A stretch of DNA of 64,000 nt from Macrostomum lignano (taxonomy: Eukaryota), in NCBI GenBank assembly GCA_002269645.1, contig NIVC01000723.1, positions 290,729 through 354,728 of the forward strand, in the 5' to 3' direction. Each line of letters starts with the position of its first letter. The stretch's first letter is position 1. The notes under the pieces were generated by a model. It saw nothing but the letters and a program-made list of their open reading frames with translations. It was not told the DNA's origin and did no database searches. This document shows positions 1 through 9,682 of this stretch, piece by piece. A program made the position numbers and the translations under genes.

Positions 1-315
1 TTAGACTAATCCTTAGACATATACCTAGACTTATTCTTAGACTTATACTTAGACTGATACTTAAAGACTTATACTCAGACCTATTCTAAGAAACATTTCT
101 CAGATTATTCTAATATTGATAAACTCATAATTTATTAATCGAATAATCTTGGTGGCAGCTACCAACCTAAGAAGAACACTTAAGAGATTAGTAAATTAGC
201 CCTGTGACAGCTTTTGGTGACAGTGTGAAATTATTATTAGAGACAGAAGTAACCCCTAGGACAACTTTGGTGGCAGCGGTGGGATTCTCAGTGTATAGGA
301 ATCACCACTGTTACA
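1..315 (+). repeat. 3' part of the 5' LTR
   Basis: Direct repeat of 5085-5399 (offset 5084), ends ...CTGTTACA, followed by a 3-nt spacer and the PBS. Confidence 0.93.
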
Positions 316-318
316 ACT

Positions 319-337
319 TGGTGGCAGCGGTGGGATT
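319..337 (+). promoter_or_regulatory. Primer-binding site, complementary to the 3' end of a tRNA-Leu including CCA
   Basis: TGGTGGCAGCGGTGGGATT, 3 nt after the LTR end; its reverse complement AATCCCACCGCTGCCACCA matches the eukaryotic tRNA-Leu 3' end as I recall it. Confidence 0.85.
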
Positions 338-453
338 AGAGAAACGGCCAGAATTTCAGAATCAAACAGATTAGAGAAACGGCGCGATTTAGATCAGAGA
401 AACGGCAAAACATTAGAAGACTAGAGAAATAGCAGAACCTGACAAGAAGAGAG

Positions 454-1047
454 ATGGCTAATGCCAACGACGCAATTGCTAGGTTAGCTGAGGAGCTGTC
501 AAAGAAGCTAGGATTAGGAATGGAGAAGCAAGTAGAGATTGAGAAGTACACACCTGACAAAAATATCAGACAGTGGATCAATGCATTCGAGCAGCAATGC
601 AGGATGCAAGGACTGAATGGAGAAAAACGAAAAGTAGCTCTTTTCGCCAATCTGGATATCCCAGAAGAATTGAAGCGGAGGATGAGCCATAGACAAGACC
701 AGCAGCACTATCAAGACATTAGGCGACAAGTTATTGAGCAGTTCGAAAGGAAGCAGCAGAAGCAGGAGGAGAATGGAGTCCAAGCCCTAGTCGAGTGCTT
801 GATGACCCTAACGGCCATTCTGACAAATGTGAACTTAGGGCTAAACCCAAAGCAGCAGCAGCAGCAGTACAAATATCAGATGACGCCAAAGCCGCGCCCG
901 CCGCACAGATTCAGTGGCGCCAGACCAGAACCAAAGCCCGGCCACTGCTTTTTCTGTGGTCAGCCAGGATCAATCAGGCCACAGGCAGGTCATAAATGCA
1001 GAGTAAACTTGGGAGAAGCCAGACAGCGAGCTCAGGAGAATGGATAA
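454..1047 (+). CDS. gag: Gag-like protein (197 aa) with a degenerate zinc knuckle
   Basis: ATG ORF just after the PBS; capsid-like segment EKYTPDKNIRQWINAFEQQCRMQGL...KVALF; C-terminal CFFCGQPGS..GHKC (the knuckle His is replaced by Ser). Confidence 0.7.
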   Translation: MANANDAIARLAEELSKKLGLGMEKQVEIEKYTPDKNIRQWINAFEQQCRMQGLNGEKRKVALFANLDIPEELKRRMSHRQDQQHYQDIRRQVIEQFERKQQKQEENGVQALVECLMTLTAILTNVNLGLNPKQQQQQYKYQMTPKPRPPHRFSGARPEPKPGHCFFCGQPGSIRPQAGHKCRVNLGEARQRAQENG

Positions 1048-2449
1048 TGGTAATTTTCTGTAAGCACGATTCGATTAAGCTAAGAAAATTGTACATAATA
1101 TTCATAAAAAACATAAAAATTTATAAAAAGCTTCGAAAAAGAAAATAAAAATGTTAAACATAGAACCGTACAATATACATAATGCACATAATTGCCTAAT
1201 GGAGCCCCAAAAGGGCCGTTTTAGCAAAATACCACTTATGTAAATCGCTAGCTCATTAAAATGTTTGACATACATGATTATTATAGTACTGTATTATGTA
1301 AATACGTCACTATTGCACAAAATTGCTTGAAGTAAATAGCTCAGGAAGGTTCTCTTAACAAAATACTGTATAGAAGCCTCAGAAGGGCCGTTTTACCGAA
1401 GTTTTCGAGTAGACTCTTAGCATATATGAAATAACTAGAATTAGCACTGTGTAACTGTGTAAATATTCTCTATGCAAATAGCACACTAAATTACGCAAAA
1501 TTAAGTCTCCAGAAGAGCCATAAAGAATTAGGTGACCCCGAAAAGGGCCGTTTTGACAAAGAAAATTCAGAAAATCAACAAAAACAGGTTTAATTCGGTT
1601 AGTTAGGCTGCTCAGAAAGTAAGATAGGAAGTCTACAATAAGAGTCGGAGTAGTGAGAAGCTCTGTGAAGAAGAAATAATTAAAGAATTAATGTAATAAA
1701 CTCTGACAATAGGCAGTAGAGAGAAGAGAATACAGGACGCTGAGAAGTTGAATTGAAGAAGAAGACGAGAATTTGAGAGGAATCGAGAATTAGAGAAGAA
1801 AAGGTGTGCTAAAAGCAAGAGGTAGACTAAAGACTTTTTGTCGCCATCGAGTGACGTAGTCTAGCCGCACCCTCAAGCGCTAATAGACACCAAGTAGAAG
1901 AGAATCAAGAGTAGTCGAGAAGCGAATTTGAAGAAGTGAATTCAAGAGAAGAATTCGAAGAAAAATCAAGAAGAAGTACATAAGCAAAGTCAAAGAAGTG
2001 AACCAGAAGAATTGAGAGTTTGATAAAGCGAGGAGAAAAATTGTGAGAAAAAGCCAAGAAAAATCCGATCAGCTATCTCATGGTGTCCCTCTTTAGATCA
2101 GATATCATTGCTGTCTAAATGGATGCGATAGTCTGTGAAGAACAAAAATAAGAGAGATGAGAAAAAAAGAAGAATTTGTCAGAGAAAAATTTAATTAAGA
2201 AAGAAGGAAAACTTTTCGATCCCGCTTAGAAAGGCTCGGCACAGCCATTTTAAAGCCCTTTCTCAAGGATCCTGAAAATTGGAAAAGAGAAATATGAGAG
2301 ATGGAATACTGGAAGGAGTGCTCACTGTTCTTTTGGAGGAAGCAAGGTAGTCCAATGACAGCCAATTTTAGCCCATTCCTGAGGACATAGCAATTTCGGA
2401 AAGTAAAGGCTTGAAACCAAACTAATCCAATAATTACATAACTTACTAA

Positions 2450-2683
2450 CTAGAGAATGAGATAGAACCAACCGAAGAAGAATTTGAGCATGAAGATGAG
2501 TCAACAGATAGTGAGAAGACTGAGCCAGCCGAAACAGATGACGCATTAGAATTAGATAGGAGAGAAAGAAATGAAGACGAAAGGATTGAGCATAGGTCGC
2601 ATTATAATTTGAGACCAAGAAGTGAGAGAATTGTCACCTCAGGATTCGCCCCCCGCAGGCGATACACCCATTATCTGAAATGA
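2450..2683 (+). pseudogene. Probable remnant of a pol/integrase C-terminal tail
   Basis: ATG-less open stretch LENEIEPTEEEFEHEDES...RSHYNLRPRSER...YLK*. An acidic tail plus a YNLRPR motif is typical of gypsy/BEL integrase ends; the same frame upstream has several stops. Confidence 0.4.
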
Positions 2684-2926
2684 TCGAATTTGTATCATAC
2701 CAAGTATTAAATTGTAAATAGAATTTGCTTAAAATCAGAAAAATTGCTCTGTATATAGAAATCTGTTGTAAATAATAAAAATTGACAAAATATAAAAAGT
2801 TTAAAAATATAAAAACACAAAAACATTGCGCATTACTAGTAGTAGAAATGAGAGAATTGTGTGAAGAAATCCGAAGTCAATAAATAATCCTAGCAACGCT
2901 TAGCAACGGTGCGCTGCTCTGAACCA

Positions 2927-3976
2927 ATGAGCGAGCCCGTTCGAAATTTGCTAAACCCCCTCTCGAGCGAACACGAAGATGCGGTCCAGTTTTTCGAATA
3001 CATTATGAAAACACGAGCCAACCCAAGGAATCATATTAGTTCTCACTGTAAGCTTAAAGATTACAAACCATCAAGTCTGACAAGCCCAGCCATGGAAGAC
3101 GAGAATATCGACGATTTCCTGAAGGCTCTGCTCGACGAAGAGGTGCCGATCTCAACGCCGCCGCCGCAGGAAGCTTCAGCGGCCGCAGCTTCGTCAGCAC
3201 CAACAACAGCCTCGTCAGCCGCCTCGTCGTCGGCAACCTCATCAGCGCCAACATCAGCAGCCCCGCCAGCAGCCCCCGAGGACGAAGCACCGCTCCGACA
3301 GCCGACTCGGCCCCGCGCTCTTGGCAGTTCGAACAAGCGGCCTCGAGAACCGTCGCCTGTCGCTTCAAATGCTCTGCAGTTACGCGTCGATGAGCCCCCG
3401 CATCAAAAGCGCGCCGCTGTCATCAGGGCTCAAGCAGCAGCACCCGTACAGCAGTACATGCCGCAGAACTGCCGAGCAGCCGCCGCAAGCCAGGAGAGGC
3501 GCACCGTGCAGCTGCCGACACCATCGACGGTACCGAAGCGAACGGCTCGTGGTCCACGACTGAGTGCAGCACCGGCAGCCCCGGCACCAGCTCCGGCAGG
3601 ATCGACAGTTGCCCAAGAACATCTCGAAAACACTCTGCGAGAGGCGATGCACGCTGTTCTGCGTCAGCATGGCGAGCAACTCGAGAAAATCGCCCACGCA
3701 ATCCGCCAGTATCTCATGCGGATTGGCCGTCTTCGATTAGATCAGGCCTTGCCGCAGAGGTCTCAGGTTTGGACAGCGATCAGGGCTCTGCGAGACCGTC
3801 TCGAGCAACGGCAGGCTGTCACGGTACTGCAGTACATCGCCCTCGGCCTCCGCCGTGCCATGCCTCCAAGTGACGAGACTGTCCAACATCAGCTGCTCGC
3901 AGTTGAAATGCGCTGGCTGTTTGCCCAACTCGGCTGGCCATACTACCGAGAACTGCCTGACCCATGCAATTTTTAA
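2927..3976 (+). CDS. Accessory ORF of unknown function in the env position of the LTR element (about 349 aa from the first ATG)
   Basis: GC/CpG-rich intact ORF inside an AT-rich element; acidic N-terminal MEDENIDDFLKALLDEE, Ala/Ser/Pro linker, basic KRPREP, helical-looking C-terminal domain; no obvious TM segment. Confidence 0.7.
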   Translation: MSEPVRNLLNPLSSEHEDAVQFFEYIMKTRANPRNHISSHCKLKDYKPSSLTSPAMEDENIDDFLKALLDEEVPISTPPPQEASAAAASSAPTTASSAASSSATSSAPTSAAPPAAPEDEAPLRQPTRPRALGSSNKRPREPSPVASNALQLRVDEPPHQKRAAVIRAQAAAPVQQYMPQNCRAAAASQERRTVQLPTPSTVPKRTARGPRLSAAPAAPAPAPAGSTVAQEHLENTLREAMHAVLRQHGEQLEKIAHAIRQYLMRIGRLRLDQALPQRSQVWTAIRALRDRLEQRQAVTVLQYIALGLRRAMPPSDETVQHQLLAVEMRWLFAQLGWPYYRELPDPCNF

Positions 3977-4388
3977 GTATGCTTTCTTTTTAACTTTTTC
4001 TACTTTTACTACCTGTTTGCTATGCAGCTTTTAGTTTTATATCTTGCTTGTTTGCATTAGTCTAATAATTTTTCTGATAGCTTCATTTTTATATAGTTTT
4101 ACATTATGTAAATATTCATTGCCTACATATGCTATATTCTCAATGTTTGCCTTATAACTAAGCAGCCTTTGTTTGCCTGTATGCTTGTGTTTTTCTAATT
4201 GTGCTCTATTAATTGCATTTTTGACTATTTTTCTAAAAAGTTTGTCTGTTTTATTTTTATCTTGTGCTACATTTATAGTTTTATATTGCATACGCTAATT
4301 TCTTGTATTTGTTTCTATGCTGTTGTGTTCTACATGCTAAATAAATTTTCACTCAAATATTCAATATTTTTATTCAAATTTATTTTTT

Positions 4389-4401
4389 AAGGGTGAGCAG
4401 G
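4389..4401 (+). promoter_or_regulatory. Putative polypurine tract
   Basis: T-run then AAGGGTGAGCAGG immediately before TGTGCAAG. Confidence 0.5.
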
Positions 4402-4402
4402 T

Positions 4403-5399
4403 TGTGCAAGCGCTTAATGCTACTAATAGTAATAATAATAGTTTTTGTAAATAAATTTGTCAATAATAATTTCGAGTTTTACCACTCAAGAATAGTATTC
4501 ACATATTATTTGTTTTAATCTTCTAACGTTTAATAATAATATTCATGTAAAAATTGTATGTATTTTTAAACCGAAAACTAATTTTAGCCCTATTTGTTTT
4601 AATACTGCATATATCAAAATTAATATTGATCAAGTCTCAAAATAGTATAAATAGACGGGATCTGGCCAGAGAGCCACCAACTGGCTGATTGCTTGTTCCT
4701 AAATTAGTCTCAAGTCTCGCTACTTGTTGAGCCTTAAACTGTTACTTAGAAATCTTTTCAAGACTTAGTAAATTTTTCGATTCAAAGAGTGAAGTGGAAG
4801 TTAATCATATCACAGATACTACTGATACTCAGAATACCAAGGAGATTGAAGTAAAACAAAGTAGATCTCGGGAATACATATACAGTATTGAGAAGGCCGT
4901 GACCCTCTAATCTCGGGAACGCCTAAACGACTGGACTAGACGATCAGACACTTAAATAACTACAAAAGAATTACAAGGAAGATCATTCTGAGAAATACAT
5001 TCCAGGCCAATAGTAGACCACTCGGCATATACTAAGAACGCTACCAATACATATACTAAGAACGCTACCAATAGAAGTAGATACTTAGACTAATCCTTAG
5101 ACATATACCTAGACTTATTCTTAGACTTATACTTAGACTGATACTTAAAGACTTATACTCAGACCTATTCTAAGAAACATTTCTCAGATTATTCTAATAT
5201 TGATAAACTCATAATTTATTAATCGAATAATCTTGGTGGCAGCTACCAACCTAAGAAGAACACTTAAGAGATTAGTAAATTAGCCCTGTGACAGCTTTTG
5301 GTGACAGTGTGAAATTATTATTAGAGACAGAAGTAACCCCTAGGACAACTTTGGTGGCAGCGGTGGGATTCTCAGTGTATAGGAATCACCACTGTTACA
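4403..5399 (+). repeat. 3' LTR (about 1 kb, TGT...ACA)
   Basis: Right end fixed by identity to 1-315; left end inferred from the PPT and TGT start; TATAAATA at 4646-4653. Confidence 0.75.
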
Positions 5400-7200
5400 C
5401 TAAAAATAAACTACTTTCTACTACATATACATGTATTACTTTTTGCTTAAGCAGTAAATTGAAAGTAAAAAAGTAAGTGTTGATCATACTAGGCCTAAAC
5501 TTTGTTTTTCTGAATTATGATTTTGGAAAATTTTAATTTTGATTTTAGAAAGTTAGCAAATTTTGATTTCGACAAAACTGCAGATCTTTCGGAACATCTC
5601 TAATAATCCTAAAGCGCGGTAAAATAGTTTGACAAGCGTGCGTCTGCAGGTTTTTAACATTTATTCTAATAGTGACTTGTATCTTAACATTTTAAAATTT
5701 TTTACTGTTGAAAATTTGTTCGATCAACTCTCGATAAAAAAACTGCACCAGATTGTTACTGTAAAAGTTGGTGAAAAACAAAAAAGTAAAATGTGGTACA
5801 ACTGGCAAGTTGAATTCTCGCAAAGTAATTATTGGACAATAAAGTTTAATAAATTTACTTATTAAAATATGTATCACGTAAGTTAAAGTTAAAGTGCATC
5901 CAATGGCACCCAGTTGATGAAAATTCCACATTTCTCATTGGTAGTTGATGAAGATTCAATTTTTCCTATTGGCAGTTGACAAACATTCCAACTACCAATT
6001 AATTTTTGTCAACTCTCAGTTAACAAAAAAAAGTTGACAGAAATACTAGGATCCATATAGAATTTTATAAATGGGATTGGGAGAGCACTATATCTAGGCA
6101 ATATATAAATGCCCTTGCCCTTAGCTCAAAAGGCTATATAACTTATACTTAAACTAAATAGATAGAAGTAGATATCAATATAACAAAAAAAATTACTTTA
6201 GCAAACAAAATAAAGCTTATTTTCTTAAATTAAGCTTGTGCAGTTGTAGTTTAGCCATACCAAACCCTTAAAAAACATTAGCATGCTTTTTGGACTAAAA
6301 AAATAAAAAATCTTAAGATGCAATTTAGCAAATTAGGTTCAATAGACATATTTATGAAGACTGAATCCTAAATTGTCAATACTACCAAGGTGAGATCTCA
6401 ATATTATAGGATAAGGAACATTGATGATTTTTCTCAATATACAGCCAGCTAAGTATAATTGGGCAACTATTATCATTTCATTCATTCCATTTAAATCAAT
6501 AATATGCTACCCAATAAAAAAGATCAATGTTTTTTTGGCAATTTTTCTATAGCTCAAATAAGCCAAGTAGGCTCCAATTGAGTATATTGCTCTAGTCAAT
6601 GCTAGAAGCCCAAAAAATATAATACTAGGACTTAAATCCCTATCTAGGACTTAAATCCCTATCTAGTCCTTATAGTAAAAAGTTGTAAAACCATGGACAA
6701 TGTCTGGTGCACTTTTAAAATTTTTCTGAAGTGTAGTGCCTGCATAGGCACGCAGCGCCTACACGCATGCTACCCTTTCCTGCTGGGTGCTGCTCTAGCT
6801 AATACCTAATACCTTTGTGGAAAGGGCCTATACACTCGTAATTTCTCGTATAATGCTTAGATGTTCCAAAATTTGGAATTTTTAAGTGAATTTTAAATTT
6901 TGAAAAAAATTGGAAGTCAAAATTTTGGAAGTTTGTAAAAGAGTAGCTAAAAATAAACTAATTTATGCTATATATACATGTATTTTGTTTTGCATAGGCA
7001 GTAAATCTAGAGTAAAAAAGTTAGTTTTGGTCATACTAAACTTTGTTTTCCTGAATTTTGATTTTGAAAAATTTTAATTATGATTTTGGAAAGTTAGCAA
7101 ATTTTGAATTCAACAGAAAATAATCCTAAAGTGTGGTAAAATAATTTGACTCTTTTTCTAAAGTGCGCATCCCTGAGTTTTCAACATTTATTCCAATAGG
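5400..7200. repeat. Two diverged copies of an AT-rich ~300-bp repeat (about 5400-5690 and 6947-7200)
   Basis: Shared blocks CTAAAAATAAACTA, TATACATGTATT, GAAAGTTAGCAAATTTTGA, TAATCCTAAAG(C/T)G(C/T)GGTAAAATA. Confidence 0.7.
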
Positions 7201-9155
7201 GGTACTTGTAATAATATCACACTGCTTATAGTGTTTGTCTATCTATTTGTAATTAAACTTAGTACAAGTTGTTAGTCCAACTGTTGGTCCCAGACTCCAA
7301 GGTGTGTAGGAGACATGCACTCCATTTTTATACATACCCATTTGAAAATGTGTTCTTTGACAAGGTTAAAACAAAACAATTTAATTTGAATAGCAAAATC
7401 TAATGACAATAATGTTAAATTTCAATGAACACTACAGCTTTCTTTAAACTTTAGCATTCACAAAACTGGTTATTTCCTAACTGACTACTTGCTTAATTGG
7501 CTGTTACCAAATTCTAACAGCCAATTTCCAAGTGCTTTAACTTTGATTATTAAGTCTAAAAGACCATTTTTTATAACTTTAGGTTGTCTATTAGGTTCTA
7601 GTTTGTTAATGATTTATAACTAATTGCATATATGTTTCAGTATAGGCATCTTTCATAAAAAGTATTATTGACCACTAACCAGCCAGACAAAATGTAAGGC
7701 ATGCAATAGTTTGGCAAATAGCAAGCAAGAGGCAATAATAGAAAGTGGCCTCTAGCCAGGCAATAACTATTTATTTATAGACAACAGCATTAGCAAACAA
7801 TGTACATTAGCAATAATATTTAATTCTAAGGTTAAAAATGTGGAAATAGAAAAAGATAGTTTAAAATAAATTAAAAATAAACCAAAAAATGTAGACAAAT
7901 AACTTAATAAGCAACATTATAAATTGAGCCAGTTGCACCATGAGACAGCTCACTAAAACAGAGCTGAGACACTATTAGCAAAATTTTTAGCAGCCTCAGC
8001 TGCCTAATAAAACTAAGAGAAGTAACACTGCATAGCCCCACTCCTCTTAGTCACTAATGTGCATGATGTCAGACACTAGGAGGCCAAGCACGGATAACTA
8101 GGTGGCTCCTCTATATAGACTATGTATATGCATGGAATAAAGTTTTTATTGAAGGCCTCTTAGTTAGCAAGTGTGAGCTGCCACTTCTATCAGTGTAAGA
8201 TCAGAATGGTAATTCCATTAACTGCAATCAAGTGCAGATGTGTCACTTGACTGCACTCACCAGACACAAGGCTAGCCCCCATGTCAATCTTAGCAGCAGT
8301 ACCATGTGTTTTGAACTAGACTTGTACTTTGAGTCTTTATACTTTGTGTTTGTTAGGTCGGCTTATATTTTTGCTTTGACTCAATTAAATATCATTTATT
8401 TTGTTAAGTTGATCTATTTGTTTTTTATTTTGAAGTTTATCATACAAGTGTATTATTAAATAATTTATTAGCTATATATAAATGCCCAACACTTGTCTGA
8501 CCTGTCCAAACCAGACAGGTGAAATGGCAAATAGCAGATGGAAAATGGAAAAAAGTGTAAAAGGAAAAATTGCAGGAAGAAAAAAAGGAGAAGAGAAAAT
8601 AAAAAGAAAGGAAGGAGACAAGAGAGAGGGGAAAGAGGAGAGAGAAAGAGAAAAAAAGAGAAAGGCAAGAAAAGTCATATACAAAGTGAAAATTAAGTTG
8701 CAATCGAGAGGAACTAAGTTGCAAATCTAGACAAATCTAAGTTGCACCAGGTGGGTGAAATTTCGAGGTTGGGCATGTATGAGGCTATGTAAGGCATATA
8801 TCCTAGAAGGCTTAGTAGGTAAATGAAAGGCATTTAATACACTTAGAAATATATGTTTAGTTTCTTATATATAAAAAACTAATAGTCAAAAGTAATTTTA
8901 ATAATCCTGAGAGCTCCTGAGATATTAAAAGAAAAGGGGGTGTATCAGTATAAGCCATAAGTTAAAATGCTGCAGGTATATGTGATAGTTGTGTTCCAAG
9001 TCAATGGCAGCCTAAACTCAAAGCTAATATAGTGGTACCATTGAAGAGGCAAGAGTCCTACATGGAGAGGCAAACTGGTTCAAGTACCAATAAAAAACCT
9101 GCCTCCCCCAAGATGTCCCAGAGCCACGAGTTGAAAATGTTAAGTCACTGGAAGC

Positions 9156-9512
9156 CTGGTGGTCATAGTCTGCCACACCGCTACCTACCTACCGCCAGCC
9201 TAGTGGGTTGCAGCCTAGTGGTTAGAGCGTCGGACCTACAACTGGAAGGTCGGGGGTTCGATTCTTGACCCACTCGGAACAATTTGTGTCCTTGAGCAAG
9301 ACACTTAACTCTGCATTGCTTCAGTTCACCCAGCTGTAAAATGGGTGCCAGCATTAGCTGGGGTAATTGAGGGTGTGTGTGGCGACCCCTCAGTCCTTGG
9401 ACTGAACAGCCGTACGCAGCCTTCAGATGCGCCGCGCAATAGCTGCGGCTGAGCTGTCGGTTGCACATACCCATTGGGGCGCCAGGTGTAATCAATTATT
9501 ATTATTATATTA
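9156..9512 (+). mobile_element. tRNA-derived SINE with a CORE/Deu-like central domain
   Basis: A-box TAGTGGTTAGAGCG, B-box GGTTCGATTC, central TGTGTCCTTGAGCAAGACACTTAAC...CAGCTGTAAAATGGG, (TTA)n tail, 16-bp TSD TTAAGTCACTGGAAGC at 9140-9155 and 9513-9528. Confidence 0.88.
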
Positions 9513-9682
9513 TTAAGTCACTGGAAGCACTCAACGCCGCGTTGACCTACAGTCTGCAATTACTAGTTTTGTTAGTATCTGTGGATTAGGGTTAGGGTTT
9601 AGGTTAGGTTTAGGGCCAAGGTTGGCTACCAATTGTTGTCAACCAAATAAGGCACATTGACATTCCCTGCTTGCAATAATTC

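Larger units (their letters stand above)
1..5399 (+). mobile_element. Non-autonomous Ty3/gypsy-like LTR retroelement (5' LTR runs off the window start)
   Basis: 1-315 matches 5085-5399 with no differences seen by eye; both copies end in TGTTACA; tRNA PBS at 319; gag-like ORF; purine-rich tract before the TGT start of the 3' LTR; no RT/RNase H/integrase-core ORF. Confidence 0.9.

Noticed and set aside
2190-2450. Integrase GPY/F motif upstream of the acidic tail
   Set aside because: Only vague similarity with several stops; not supportable by eye.
9205-9280. tRNA gene
   Set aside because: It is the head of a SINE with a body, tail and TSD; no complete acceptor stem seen.
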